Source of the DNA: Candidatus Poribacteria bacterium
Lineage (GTDB): Bacteria; Poribacteria; WGA-4E; WGA-3G
DNA: 64,000 nt
Direction: 5' to 3'
NCBI GenBank assembly: GCA_965197475.1
Contig: CBDANF010000003.1
Span: forward strand, 320,001-384,000
Part shown: positions 44,988 through 55,392 of the stretch, piece after piece
How the letters are laid out: each line of letters begins with the position of its first letter
How positions within the stretch are numbered: position 1 is the stretch's first letter
Notes under the pieces: model-generated
Seen by the model: the letters and a program-made list of their open reading frames with translations, nothing else
The model's database searches: none
What the model was told of the DNA's origin: nothing
Translations under genes and position numbers: made by a program

Positions 44988-45139
44988 ACCTAAGTTGCTA
45001 CCTTTTTTCGAACGCTCTTGTGGGAGGGGTTTATAACCCCGATTTAGTGCAGAAAACATCAGATTCAACCGAAAATACTGGTAATTTGAATAAAATACAG
45101 TGTGTGCCTGCTTGAAATTTTGTAAGTAGCAACTTAGGT
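44988..45139. mobile_element. MITE-like element (TIR ACCTAAGTTGCTAC) with a REP-like hairpin
   Basis: Perfect 14-bp TIR at 44988-45001 and 45126-45139; direct repeat tagtgta at 44981-44987 and 45140-45146; gtgggaggggtttataaccccgat inside. Confidence 0.8.
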
Positions 45140-45179
45140 TAGTGTATTTGACACTGTTTAACTCGGATGAGGCATAATC

Positions 45180-46517
45180 ATGCAAACGCAAGCATTTGAC
45201 TCCCTTATGGATAAAGAAGCTGAGCAAGCTGTGCTGGGGTCAATGATGACTGAGAAGTCAATTATTCCTCGCATAGAGTTAATGCTGGGTTCTACGTCCG
45301 ATGCGTTTTCTACTACCGATCATCAACTTATCTATACAGCGATCCTTGCTGTTTATAATCGCGCCAAAAACGCGGATCCGATCCTTGTTGCGAATGAGCT
45401 GAATCGGACAGAACAGCTGAACCGGGTTGGCGGAGCAGATTATCTTTATGAACTACAAGCCCCGATTGTTGAAACTGAAAGTACAGAGTTCTATGCAGAA
45501 ATACTATTAGAAAAGGCGACACGACGTCGGTTAATTCGAGCAGCTACGCAGATTCGTGATCTCGCGCATGATGAAAGTGTAGAGATTAGCGAAGTTCTTG
45601 ATCAATCACAAGAAGCCGTCTTTGAATTAGGTCAAGCTGGTAACAAACGTGGGTTTGAACATATTCGTTCATTGCTCAAACAGAGCATTGAGGTCATAGA
45701 AAAACTCTTTCAGAAGAAAGATCGGTATTTAGGTGTTCCTACAGGTTTTATAGATTTTGATAACTTGACCTCCGGATTACAACCTGGTAACTTTATTATC
45801 ATCGCCGCGCGCCCAAGCATGGGGAAAACCACCTTGGTGCTGAATATGGCGCAGAACATCGCGATTGAACAGAAACGACCTGTCGCAATTTTTAGTTTAG
45901 AGCAGCCCGCACAAGATATAGCTATGCGTATGCTTTCTGCTGAATCGCAAATTGATTTCGGACGGTTGCGCTTAGGAAACTTCAGCGAGGAATATTGGGC
46001 ACCTTTGGGTCAAAGCGTTGGCCGACTCAGCGAAGCACCTATCTTGATTAATGATAATCGATCGATAACAGTTCAAGGGCTTCGTGCGGAAGCGAGACGT
46101 TTGAAAGGTGAACACGAAGACCTCGCCTTGATTATCGTCGACTACATCCAAATCCTGCGAGGCTCCGGCCGCTATAATGTTCGTGAACAGGAAATCTCTG
46201 AGGTTTCACGTGCATTGAAAATTCTTGCGTGGGAATTGAATATTCCTGTCCTTGCCTGCGCGCAGCTCAGTAGAGAAGTTGAACGGCGTCCGAACAAGTT
46301 ACCACAACTCTCCGATTTGCGAGAATCTGGGGCAATTGAACAGGATGCGGACGTGGTCGCCTTTCTATACCGAGAAGACTATTACGACGATGAAGATGAC
46401 TACATAGACGAGACGGTCGAAGCAAATATATTGATAAAAAAGCAGCGGAACGGTCCCCAAGGAACTGTTGTTCTGCATTTCTGCAAAAAGCAGATGCGTT
46501 TCGAAAATGCAAGTTAA
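45180..46517 (+). CDS. dnaB: Replicative DNA helicase
   Basis: EAEQAVLG, GVPTGF..FD..T.GL, AARPSMGKT, DYIQ, QLSR.VE.R, DLRESGAIEQDAD, KQRNGP.G. Confidence 0.97.
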   Translation: MQTQAFDSLMDKEAEQAVLGSMMTEKSIIPRIELMLGSTSDAFSTTDHQLIYTAILAVYNRAKNADPILVANELNRTEQLNRVGGADYLYELQAPIVETESTEFYAEILLEKATRRRLIRAATQIRDLAHDESVEISEVLDQSQEAVFELGQAGNKRGFEHIRSLLKQSIEVIEKLFQKKDRYLGVPTGFIDFDNLTSGLQPGNFIIIAARPSMGKTTLVLNMAQNIAIEQKRPVAIFSLEQPAQDIAMRMLSAESQIDFGRLRLGNFSEEYWAPLGQSVGRLSEAPILINDNRSITVQGLRAEARRLKGEHEDLALIIVDYIQILRGSGRYNVREQEISEVSRALKILAWELNIPVLACAQLSREVERRPNKLPQLSDLRESGAIEQDADVVAFLYREDYYDDEDDYIDETVEANILIKKQRNGPQGTVVLHFCKKQMRFENAS

Positions 46518-46546
46518 TAAAAATTCTCTGTGTGGAAGATTTTTCT

Positions 46547-47353
46547 ATGCGCAATCCGCCTTCTGAGCCAACACCTTCAAATGGGTTGACGTTCTTAATA
46601 AAAAATCGGGTTTACCGTGCGCTTTCAGAAATCGGGGATGCATTCCGTCTAATTGCCGAAACCATTTTCCAAATTTTCAGGCCACCGTTTCAATTTGACC
46701 TGTTAATGAAGCAGCTGCTTCTAATCGGTTTTAACTCGTTATCAGTTGTTTTAGTATCCGGTTTCTTTACGGGAATGGTATTGGGTGTTCAAGGGTACGT
46801 TCAGTTGAAACCGTATGCAGTTGAAGGGTCGGTGGCTCAATTTGTCAGTGTCTCTGTCGTAACAGAACTGGGTCCGATGATAACAGCATTTGTGCTTTCT
46901 GGACGGATCGGTGCATCTATTACGGCTGAACTTTCAACAATGAAAGTTACTGAGCAAATTGATGCCCTGGAAGTTATGGGAACAAATCCGGTGAAATACT
47001 TAGTTGTTCCCCGTTTTCTCGCCTGTACGATTATGCTCCCAACCCTTACCATTTTTTCGACCTTTGCAGGTATTTTCGGCGGTTATGTCGCAGTGGTATC
47101 CTTATTTGATTTCAGCGGTGACTTTTTCATTTTGCAAGTCCAAAAACACATGCTTGTGAAGAATGTGCTAATTAGTTTGATCAAAGCAACTTCATTCGGG
47201 ATGGCAATTGCCTCTGTGGGATGCTACAAAGGTTTCAGCATTTCAACCGCTGGCGGGGCAGAAGGTGTAGGAACGGCAACAACCGGTTCTGCCGTTACTT
47301 CTCTCATAACTATCTTGGTATTAGATTTTGTTTTAGGAGCATTGCTCACATGA
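46547..47353 (+). CDS. mlaE: MlaE-family ABC permease
   Basis: ELGP..TA....GR.G....AEL.TMKVTEQIDALEVMG.NP..YLVVPR. Confidence 0.93.
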   Translation: MRNPPSEPTPSNGLTFLIKNRVYRALSEIGDAFRLIAETIFQIFRPPFQFDLLMKQLLLIGFNSLSVVLVSGFFTGMVLGVQGYVQLKPYAVEGSVAQFVSVSVVTELGPMITAFVLSGRIGASITAELSTMKVTEQIDALEVMGTNPVKYLVVPRFLACTIMLPTLTIFSTFAGIFGGYVAVVSLFDFSGDFFILQVQKHMLVKNVLISLIKATSFGMAIASVGCYKGFSISTAGGAEGVGTATTGSAVTSLITILVLDFVLGALLT

Positions 47354-47388
47354 TATTTCACAGAACTTAAGTACCGAAAACTATTGCT

Positions 47389-48174
47389 ATGATTTCGATT
47401 AAAAATGTCAGAAAAGCATTCGAGTTGAAAAATGTTTTAAACGGATTAGACCTTGAGATTCCGCGTGGTGAAACCCTTGTGATAATGGGACGAAGCGGTT
47501 GTGGGAAAAGTGTTTTGCTCAAGATTATCGCAGGTCTTCTCTCTGTAGATTCAGGTGAGGTTTGGGTTGACGGAACAGAGATATCTAAGCTTAAAAAGAG
47601 ATCACTAAACCAGATTCGCAGAAAAATCGGGATGCTCTTTCAGTCTGCAGCGTTATTTGATTCAATGTCCGTAGCGGAAAACGTTGCTTTTATGCTGGAG
47701 CAACATACGGATTTAAGCCAGCAAGAGATGCGGAAGGTCGTAGATGAGAAACTTAAATTAGTGGATTTGGATGGTGTTCAGGAACTACGACCCGCACAAC
47801 TGAGTGGCGGTATGCGAAAACGGGTGGGACTCGCACGTGCCCTCGCTTTCAACCCAGAAATCATTTTATACGATGAACCCACAACAGGGCTTGACCCTGT
47901 TACTTGCACCGAAATTAACGAGCTGATTCGTGACCTACATCAGCAACTGGAAGTTACCTCTGTGGTCGTAACACATGATATGCATAGTGCGTTCAGTGTG
48001 GGAACGCTCATGGTGATGCTCCACGAAGGCAGGCAGATCGCCTATGGAACACCAGAGGCACTGATTAATGAAGATGACCCAATTTTACAACAGTTCATCC
48101 TCTTTGGTGCACCAGATCAGATTCTCAACATTGACAATCCGACTCTGAAGCAATTTATAGGAAGGAGTACTTAA
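47389..48174 (+). CDS. mlaF: MlaF/Mkl-family ABC ATPase
   Basis: GRSGCGKS, LFQ..ALFDS, LSGGMRKRVGLARA, YDEPTTGLDP. Confidence 0.93.
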   Translation: MISIKNVRKAFELKNVLNGLDLEIPRGETLVIMGRSGCGKSVLLKIIAGLLSVDSGEVWVDGTEISKLKKRSLNQIRRKIGMLFQSAALFDSMSVAENVAFMLEQHTDLSQQEMRKVVDEKLKLVDLDGVQELRPAQLSGGMRKRVGLARALAFNPEIILYDEPTTGLDPVTCTEINELIRDLHQQLEVTSVVVTHDMHSAFSVGTLMVMLHEGRQIAYGTPEALINEDDPILQQFILFGAPDQILNIDNPTLKQFIGRST

Positions 48175-49739
48175 TGAAGTTTTGGAGCCCGTCTGTAAAA
48201 GTCGGATTGATGGTTATTGTAGCTGTTGTTCTACTTGCAATTCTCCTTACAAATGCCGGGAACTGGCCGTGGGGAACACGCGGGGATGATTTATATTTTC
48301 AATTCCGTGCTGTCAATGGGCTCTATGTAGGTTCGGGAGTTTATCTATCCGGTGTTTCTATCGGCAAGGTAACGCACATTGAGCTCCAGCCGGACACAAA
48401 TACTGTCGAAATCCGGGCTCGCGTCAAAAATGCTTTTGAATGGTTAAGAAAAGGTTGTGATGCGCGCATCTCTATGAGCGGCTTTGTCGGTGAGACATAC
48501 ATCGCACTAAACAACGGGGATGTGGGAAATCCGCCGCTTCAACCTGCTGATCTCCCGATTATCGGAATTGACCCGGTGAATCCGCTTGAATTGCTTGAAC
48601 AAACCGGTTCCGGATTGAGTAAAGCTATCGAATTAACTTCGGCAGCAAACGAGGTCCTACAAGCGAGTCAGGAAGAAATTCAACAAGGCATCAAAGAAAC
48701 ACGGAAATTGGTCGAATTGACTGGTAAGACACTTACAAAGTTTAGTGAACATATAGACACAACAGTCGAGACTTTGCAGAACCTAACTTCAAAATACGAC
48801 GCACGTTTCGAATCAACTCTTTCGCAAGTGGACAAGTTGTTAGATCAGTTGGGTAATGATTCCTTATTGCTCAGTAGCCAAATTAGTGATGTGAGCCGTT
48901 CCGTGTTGAGAATGATTGACCAAAATTCGCCAAAAGTAAATTCTATGATAACGGACTTGCAGCGGAGCACATCTGATTTCCGACGGTTGGCAACACAATT
49001 TCGCCAAGATTCAAGTTCTTTGAAAACCGAAATTTCTGGTCTTATCACGCAAGGAAGTACGTTCATTGAAAAAGGGAGCACAGATATCGCACCAATTATA
49101 GAAAACCTTCAGACTGCAACAGCTTCGCTCACCACTTTAGAGAAAAATATCAGTGAACTGTTAAATTCAGTAAAACATGGTGAGGGAACAGTCGCACAAC
49201 TACTTAATAATCCTGAACCATTTGCAGAAGCAAAAGAAACCTTCAATAACCTGAATGAGATGCTAACAGGGTTGAAAAATTTTTATCAACAGACAGACAG
49301 ACAGTTAAAAGGCTTTAAACTTCCTAAATATTCATGGGATACTGAACTCCAATATCTAAGTCTTGAGGAAAATCTACATACCGAATTCGGGTTTTCGCTT
49401 TTACCACCTTCAAAGAGTCGTTACCGTTTCGGACTCGGTATTCGAGACGAAAAAATTGGAGTTGAATTTCAATATGCTTATGATTTTACAGATTATCTCC
49501 AAGGCAAATTCGGTTTCATGCGTTCCAAGGTTGGTGTTGGGTTTGACCTATGGTTGTTATCACGCCGACTGGGCATCGGAGTTGAAAGCATCAGTCTAAC
49601 AAGGGACAAACCTGAATTAAACGCTGAAATGAGTTTGCGTTTTTTCCGCGGTGCACATGTCCTCGTCGGTGTTGAAAATTGGTGGAGTGAAGATAGACGT
49701 TGGACAACAGGGCTTAAGTTAATCACAAGCGACTGGTAA
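48174..49739 (+). CDS. mlaD: Long MlaD/MCE protein with helical stalk and C-terminal beta-rich domain
   Basis: TM, MCE domain (GL..GS.V..SGV.IGKV..I, G.VGE.YI.L), long coiled region, GEGTVAQLL, amphipathic beta-strand C-terminus. Confidence 0.88.
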   Translation: MKFWSPSVKVGLMVIVAVVLLAILLTNAGNWPWGTRGDDLYFQFRAVNGLYVGSGVYLSGVSIGKVTHIELQPDTNTVEIRARVKNAFEWLRKGCDARISMSGFVGETYIALNNGDVGNPPLQPADLPIIGIDPVNPLELLEQTGSGLSKAIELTSAANEVLQASQEEIQQGIKETRKLVELTGKTLTKFSEHIDTTVETLQNLTSKYDARFESTLSQVDKLLDQLGNDSLLLSSQISDVSRSVLRMIDQNSPKVNSMITDLQRSTSDFRRLATQFRQDSSSLKTEISGLITQGSTFIEKGSTDIAPIIENLQTATASLTTLEKNISELLNSVKHGEGTVAQLLNNPEPFAEAKETFNNLNEMLTGLKNFYQQTDRQLKGFKLPKYSWDTELQYLSLEENLHTEFGFSLLPPSKSRYRFGLGIRDEKIGVEFQYAYDFTDYLQGKFGFMRSKVGVGFDLWLLSRRLGIGVESISLTRDKPELNAEMSLRFFRGAHVLVGVENWWSEDRRWTTGLKLITSDW

Positions 49740-49820
49740 AATAGTTTTCAGCTTTCTACATAAGAGATTAGAGGCGAGCGAGTTTTAAAAGGGAAAGTCA
49801 ATAGTCAAAAGCGGATTGTT

Positions 49821-51182
49821 ATGGCTCAAGCAAAGCACAAATTTGTTTGTCAAGAATGTGGGTATACAACGCCGAGAGGACTCGGAAAATGTCCGGGATG
49901 TCAAGCGTGGAACAGTTTTGCTGAAGAAACAGAAATTGTTACGACATCCCCTTTACATCTGAACATCGGTCAACGTTCTAACAAACCGGAGCCAATTTCT
50001 AACGTAACAGCAGCGGATGTAGAACGGCAACTCACAGGAATGCCTGAGTTTGATAGAGTGCTTGGTGGCGGCATTGTACCAGGTTCCGTAATTTTAATCG
50101 GGGGCGACCCGGGGATAGGCAAATCCACGCTTTTGTTACAAGCTAGCGATGCGTTAAGCCGCAAATATGGCAGCGTGCTTTATGTTTCTGGCGAAGAATC
50201 GGTCAGCCAGACAAAGATCCGTTCAACCCGACTCGGTGTGACTTCCAATACCCTCTATGTTTTGTGCGAAAATAACTTAGAACAGATCGAAAAACATATT
50301 GAGGAACTCCAACCGCAGGCAGTTGTAATTGACTCCATTCAGGCGGTCTATCTAACGGAATTCCAATCCGCACCAGGGAGTATCACACAAATCCGTGAAT
50401 GTGCAGCGCATCTTCTAATATGTGCCAAAAGTCGGAACATTCCAATTTTTCTTGTTGGACATGTGACAAAAGAGGGGACATTGGCTGGACCCCGTATTTT
50501 GGAACATATCGTGGATACAGTCCTCTATTTTGAAGGAGAACGGCATCATATTTATCGTGTTCTACGTGCGGTTAAGAATCGGTTTGGGTCAACAAATGAA
50601 CTCGGTATCTTTGAGATGCAGAACAAAGGTCTCGTAGATGTCAAAAATCCATCGCAACTCTTTTTGAGTGATAGAGAGGAGGAAATTTCTGGTTCCGTTG
50701 TCGTGTCAAGTATGGAAGGCACCCGTCCACTCTTATTGGAGGTGCAGGCACTAGTCGTTACGACTCACTACGGAACGCCTCGCAATACCGCGACTGGAAT
50801 TGACCGCAACCGTGTCGCACTGCTGATCGCAGTGCTGAACAAACGGATCGGTATGGACATTGGCGACTCAGATGTCTTCGTGAACATTACTGGCGGGTTA
50901 CGTGTTGATGAACCCGGAATTGACCTCGGCGTGTTGATGGCAATTATTTCTAACCATCGTAACGCGCCGATAGACCCGCGAACGGTCGTCATCGGTGAAG
51001 TCGGATTGGGTGGTGAGATTCGACCAGTGCCACATGTTGAAAAGCGGATCCGAGAAGCAGCAAAACTCGGATTTACTCAAGCAATTTTTCCGAATTACCA
51101 TCAGAAAGGATTAGAAATCAATGAAACAATAGAACTTATTGGTGTGAAAAATATCTATGACAGTCTAAATGTATTATTATAA
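49821..51182 (+). CDS. radA: DNA repair protein RadA/Sms
   Basis: CQECG..CPGC zinc finger, GGDPGIGKSTLL, KNRFG, EGTRP, GEVGLGGE.R. Confidence 0.97.
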   Translation: MAQAKHKFVCQECGYTTPRGLGKCPGCQAWNSFAEETEIVTTSPLHLNIGQRSNKPEPISNVTAADVERQLTGMPEFDRVLGGGIVPGSVILIGGDPGIGKSTLLLQASDALSRKYGSVLYVSGEESVSQTKIRSTRLGVTSNTLYVLCENNLEQIEKHIEELQPQAVVIDSIQAVYLTEFQSAPGSITQIRECAAHLLICAKSRNIPIFLVGHVTKEGTLAGPRILEHIVDTVLYFEGERHHIYRVLRAVKNRFGSTNELGIFEMQNKGLVDVKNPSQLFLSDREEEISGSVVVSSMEGTRPLLLEVQALVVTTHYGTPRNTATGIDRNRVALLIAVLNKRIGMDIGDSDVFVNITGGLRVDEPGIDLGVLMAIISNHRNAPIDPRTVVIGEVGLGGEIRPVPHVEKRIREAAKLGFTQAIFPNYHQKGLEINETIELIGVKNIYDSLNVLL

Positions 51183-51456
51183 CTCTAATAGACAAACAAC
51201 AGAATATTCAATTTACGCACAATTCCTACGGTCTAACAAGTGCTTATAATCAAAACGGTCTATTGAGACAAGTACTGCAAGATTCTGTAGGCAGACGATA
51301 AAAAACCCGAAATAAAATTTTCCGTGGATTCAAGCATCTATCTAATATATGCTGTCTTTTCCGTAAGACAATGTAGCATGACCCGATCTGCGGGAACAAG
51401 GTTCAAAATAACGCTAAACGAGTTTCACCGCTTCCACCAGCGCGGAGAAAAGAACT

Positions 51457-52476
51457 ATGCAAATTTGGGGAATACGTCTATTTTTTATATTGGCAAGTGC
51501 TGTCGCCTGCTATTTTCCAGACACTAACTTTTCACACGCTTTTATTGGATTTGCTGTGGCATGTATCCTCGTAGCGGGTGAAATATCCCTTCATGTCCCC
51601 CCCACTCGTAGGATCGTTGCAAGTGGTGTAGGACTAGCACTCGGGTTGTTGATCTCTCAAGGGGTACTCCAATTCCTGAATCAATCCAACTCAATTTTTA
51701 ATCAATACATCGCTCTAAGTATTGTCGTGATCCTCGGATGTGGTTATATTGGAATGGTCTGTGGTTACTACATTTCTGAAAGTTTACCCGTCGTGAAATT
51801 ACTAAATTCGTATCACTATACGCAAACGGGATCACCATTTGCGACAAACGATTCTAATGGATTCAAAATTTTAGATACAAGTGTTATTATTGATGGGCGT
51901 ATCCTTGAAATCTGCGAGACACAATTTATTGACGGAACGTTGTTAATTCCAAGGTTTGTTTTAAATGAATTGCAACATATAGCGGATTCAACCGACTTAC
52001 TTCGTAGAAATAAGGGACGGCGCGGTTTTGATATTCTACGTTCGCTCCAAAATAGTCCGTCTATTGCCGTTGAAATTATAGAAGAAGATGTGACACACCT
52101 TACTGAGGTAGACGCTAAACTTGTACATCTCGCGAGAAAATATTTCGCAAAAATAATTACCAATGATTTGAATCTAAATAAAGTCGCAGAATTACAGGGT
52201 GTCAGGGTACTAAATATCAACGAATTAGCAAATGCTATCCGTCCAATTGTAGTTGCCGGAGAGATTATTCAGGTACATCTGCAGAAAGTCGGCAAAGAAC
52301 CGAATCAGGGCGTAGGTTATCTTGATGATGGAACAATGGTTATCGTTGAAGATGGCAAATCGCATATCGGGCAGACGCTTGACGTTGTTGTTACACAGAT
52401 GTTACGAACCAGTACTGGACAGATGATTTTTGCACGAAATGCGGATGAATCTCTACCTGAGAAAGGTTTTCGATGA
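51457..52476 (+). CDS. Membrane PIN/TRAM-domain protein (YacL-like)
   Basis: TM helices, KILDTSVIIDGRI, ELQ.IADS.D...R.KGRRG, TND.NLNKVA, GKE..QGVGYLDDGTM.IVE. Confidence 0.92.
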   Translation: MQIWGIRLFFILASAVACYFPDTNFSHAFIGFAVACILVAGEISLHVPPTRRIVASGVGLALGLLISQGVLQFLNQSNSIFNQYIALSIVVILGCGYIGMVCGYYISESLPVVKLLNSYHYTQTGSPFATNDSNGFKILDTSVIIDGRILEICETQFIDGTLLIPRFVLNELQHIADSTDLLRRNKGRRGFDILRSLQNSPSIAVEIIEEDVTHLTEVDAKLVHLARKYFAKIITNDLNLNKVAELQGVRVLNINELANAIRPIVVAGEIIQVHLQKVGKEPNQGVGYLDDGTMVIVEDGKSHIGQTLDVVVTQMLRTSTGQMIFARNADESLPEKGFR

Positions 52477-52477
52477 G

Positions 52478-53191
52478 ATGGCCAGATGGTCGCAGATGAA
52501 CAGCAAAATATCTGTCCTTATTCCTGCTGCTGGGCACGGCAGACGGATGGAAACATCAGTTAAAAAGCCGTATTTAGTGTTAGGCGATAAGCCAATTTTA
52601 TCGCATACAATAGATCGGTTTGAACAAAATAGTGTTATTGACGAAATTTTTGTGATTGTGGACGAATCAGATTTCATGGTGTGCCGCGAAAATGTTCTCA
52701 CACCTTTTCGCTTTCGGAAGGTGCGCGAATTGGTACCCGGCGGTGAAACACGGCAGATTTCTGTGTTCAACGGGCTCCGCGCTCTTACAGAAAATGTTGA
52801 TTTTGTCGTTGTCCATGATGGTGTGCGCCCGTTTATAGATGATAAAATTATTTTCGAATGTCTTGAAGCAGCAGCAGAATGCGGTGCTGCTGTCTCTGCT
52901 GTACCAGTGAAAGAGACTATTAAAGTGGCAAATGAAGAACTTTTCATTGATCATACGCCAAAACGGGATCGGTTATGGCGTGTCCAAACACCACAAGTCT
53001 TTCGTAAATCACTATTAGTAGCAGCACACAAAAAGGCAATGTCGGGTGGAATTGACGCACCGGATGACGCTGCATTGGTCGAAAAACTCGGTTCTCCTGT
53101 AAAATTGGTCATGGGTAGTTACAAAAATGTAAAACTAACAACTCCAGAGGATTTGCGAGTTGCTGAAACTTTGCTAAACGATGAGATGTAA
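52478..53191 (+). CDS. ispD: 2-C-methyl-D-erythritol 4-phosphate cytidylyltransferase
   Basis: PAAG.G.RM, GG.TRQ.SV..GL, VHDGVRP, QTPQ.F, DDA, N.K.TT.EDL. Start 52478 or 52496. Confidence 0.95.
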   Translation: MARWSQMNSKISVLIPAAGHGRRMETSVKKPYLVLGDKPILSHTIDRFEQNSVIDEIFVIVDESDFMVCRENVLTPFRFRKVRELVPGGETRQISVFNGLRALTENVDFVVVHDGVRPFIDDKIIFECLEAAAECGAAVSAVPVKETIKVANEELFIDHTPKRDRLWRVQTPQVFRKSLLVAAHKKAMSGGIDAPDDAALVEKLGSPVKLVMGSYKNVKLTTPEDLRVAETLLNDEM

Positions 53192-53280
53192 TACCAAATT
53201 AACTTGATCCCACTCGGTAGGCGCGCTTTGTAAGCGCGCTGTCTGCCCAGAAAAATAAGACTAATCCTGTTAATTTGGTA
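53192..53280. mobile_element. 89-bp MITE-like element (TIR TACCAAATTAAC, TAA target duplication) with a REP-like hairpin
   Basis: taa|taccaaattaac ... gttaatttggta|taa; gtaggcgcgctttgtaagcgcgc inside. Confidence 0.7.
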
Positions 53281-53379
53281 TAAGTTATAATATCTGAAGC
53301 AAGACTCAGAAAGATTTTTCGGAGATAGCAGTTCTTGAGGATACGAGTTCTAATTTGAATCAAAGAATTCGGAGAAAAG

Positions 53380-53853
53380 ATGCGGATAGGGATCGGTTAC
53401 GACGTTCATAGACTTACTGAGAATCGAAAATTAATTTTGGGCGGAGTAGAAATCCCTTCCCATTTGGGATTGTTGGGACATTCAGATGCAGATGTGTTGA
53501 CCCACGCGATCTGTGATGCGATTTTAGGCGCAGCAGCACTGGGGGATATCGGCACACACTTTCCAGATACGGACGAAAGTTATGCCGGAATGGACAGTCA
53601 ATTTTTCCTTCGTACTATCGCAGCGAAGGTTAGAGAACAGGATTACGCAATTGAAAATGTTGACAGCACAGTTGTTGCCCAACAACCGAAATTGGCACCT
53701 TATATCTTACAGATGCGTAGCGTACTCGCAAAAACATTAGATATTTCAGAAACACAGGTGAGTGTTAAAGCCACAACCGCAGAGGGTTTAGGTATTATCG
53801 GCACAAGAAAGGCAATAGTCGCGCAAGCTATTGCGTGCCTCATCAAAACCTAA
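53380..53853 (+). CDS. ispF: 2-C-methyl-D-erythritol 2,4-cyclodiphosphate synthase
   Basis: MRIGIGYDVH, GHSDADV..HA..DA.LGA...GDIG.HFPD, VKATT.E.LG. Confidence 0.97.
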   Translation: MRIGIGYDVHRLTENRKLILGGVEIPSHLGLLGHSDADVLTHAICDAILGAAALGDIGTHFPDTDESYAGMDSQFFLRTIAAKVREQDYAIENVDSTVVAQQPKLAPYILQMRSVLAKTLDISETQVSVKATTAEGLGIIGTRKAIVAQAIACLIKT

Positions 53854-53937
53854 TTCCGTAGTGTTGTAAACATGAATCTCTGTGTATTCGTAGTAGGGCA
53901 TTTTATTGCGCGTTCACCAAAAAACAAAGGAATAGGA

Positions 53938-55392
53938 ATGGGGTTAAAGATATATAATTCCCTTAGTCGACAACTTGAGGAGTTTTTACCACTGAAGGAA
54001 GGGCATGTCTCAATGTACAGTTGTGGACCCACCGTCTACGACTATATTCACATCGGCAATGCCCGCACGGCACTCGTCACTGATATTATACGGCGGTATC
54101 TTGCATACAAAGGGTATGTCGTCAAATTAGTCCAAAATCTCACAGATATTGATGACAAAATTATCGCTCGTGCACAAATACTTGGAACCAGTCCGAATCA
54201 GCTTGCATATACGAATGGTGAGGCATACTTTGAGGACACACAACGACTCGGGATTCAACCGGCAGATGTGCATCCCAAGGCAACTGAACACATTCCAGAG
54301 ATGATTGATCTAATTCAAACACTCATTGATAAAGGTGCTGCTTACGTTGTTGATGGGAGTGTGTATTATCGCGTCAATTCCTTTAATGGATACGGTAAAT
54401 TGTCACGACGAAAGCCTGAAGATTTGTTAGCGGGCGCGCGCGTTGAAGTTGATGAACGCAAGGAAGACCCGCGCGATTTTGACATGTGGAAGGCGGCGAA
54501 ACCGGGTGAACCTTATTGGGATAGTCCTTGGGGACATGGGAGGCCTGGGTGGCACATTGAATGTTCATCTATGGCAATGAAACACCTCGGCGAAACGATT
54601 GATATTCATGCAGGTGGTGAAGACCTCCTGTTTCCACATCACGAAAACGAAATTGCACAGAGTGAGTTGGCAACAGGCAACCCCTTTGCCCGTTACTGGA
54701 TTCATGTTGCTTTTCTGAAAATAGATGGAAAGCGAATGGGAAAATCTGAACAAAACTTTATTTTTTTACGGGACGCATTAGATAGATATTCTGCAGAGGT
54801 AATCCGTCATTTCTTGATTTCTGCTCATTACCGACATCCGCTTGATTACAGTTTGGATAGTTTGCAAACATCCGAATCCGCACTCAAACGTTTAAAAAAC
54901 TGTTTAGAAGCATTGAAAAAATATGAAGATACACCCGAAATTATTGAGGGACAAAATTCAACATCATTGAACGTTTCCGATGGAGACACTACGCTACTGT
55001 CAGCCGTAGAAACCATGCAGTCGCAATTTTCCAATGCAATGGATACCGACTTCAATACAGCACAAGCAGTAGGCGCAATTTTCACATTTGTCAGTCAAGT
55101 CAATAGGTCTCTCGGAACTTCTGCTGATGTATCTAACCAAACTTTCGCGCGAGCCTACAAGGCTTTAATTGAAACCTGTCAAGTGCTTGGAATCTATACG
55201 ACAAACGAACAGGATTCTGGGGACACCTTTGAATATCTCAATCCACTGCTTGAACTTCTATTAGAGATAAGACAAGACGCTCGTAACCAGAAAGATTGGA
55301 ATACATCCGATAAGATTCGCGATCGACTAAAAGAACTTAACATTGAAATCCAGGACACCCATGAGGGATCTACTTGGAAATTTCTACAGTAA
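53938..55392 (+). CDS. cysS: Cysteine--tRNA ligase
   Basis: CGPTVYD..HIGN, TDIDDKII, GRPGWHIECS, FPHHENE.AQ, RMGKS (KMSKS-like), DD/DTDFNT. Confidence 0.97.
   Translation: MGLKIYNSLSRQLEEFLPLKEGHVSMYSCGPTVYDYIHIGNARTALVTDIIRRYLAYKGYVVKLVQNLTDIDDKIIARAQILGTSPNQLAYTNGEAYFEDTQRLGIQPADVHPKATEHIPEMIDLIQTLIDKGAAYVVDGSVYYRVNSFNGYGKLSRRKPEDLLAGARVEVDERKEDPRDFDMWKAAKPGEPYWDSPWGHGRPGWHIECSSMAMKHLGETIDIHAGGEDLLFPHHENEIAQSELATGNPFARYWIHVAFLKIDGKRMGKSEQNFIFLRDALDRYSAEVIRHFLISAHYRHPLDYSLDSLQTSESALKRLKNCLEALKKYEDTPEIIEGQNSTSLNVSDGDTTLLSAVETMQSQFSNAMDTDFNTAQAVGAIFTFVSQVNRSLGTSADVSNQTFARAYKALIETCQVLGIYTTNEQDSGDTFEYLNPLLELLLEIRQDARNQKDWNTSDKIRDRLKELNIEIQDTHEGSTWKFLQ

Noticed and set aside
54730-54750. CysRS RMGKS in place of KMSKS
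   Set aside because: Within normal variation of class I synthetase motifs; the catalytic Lys is retained.
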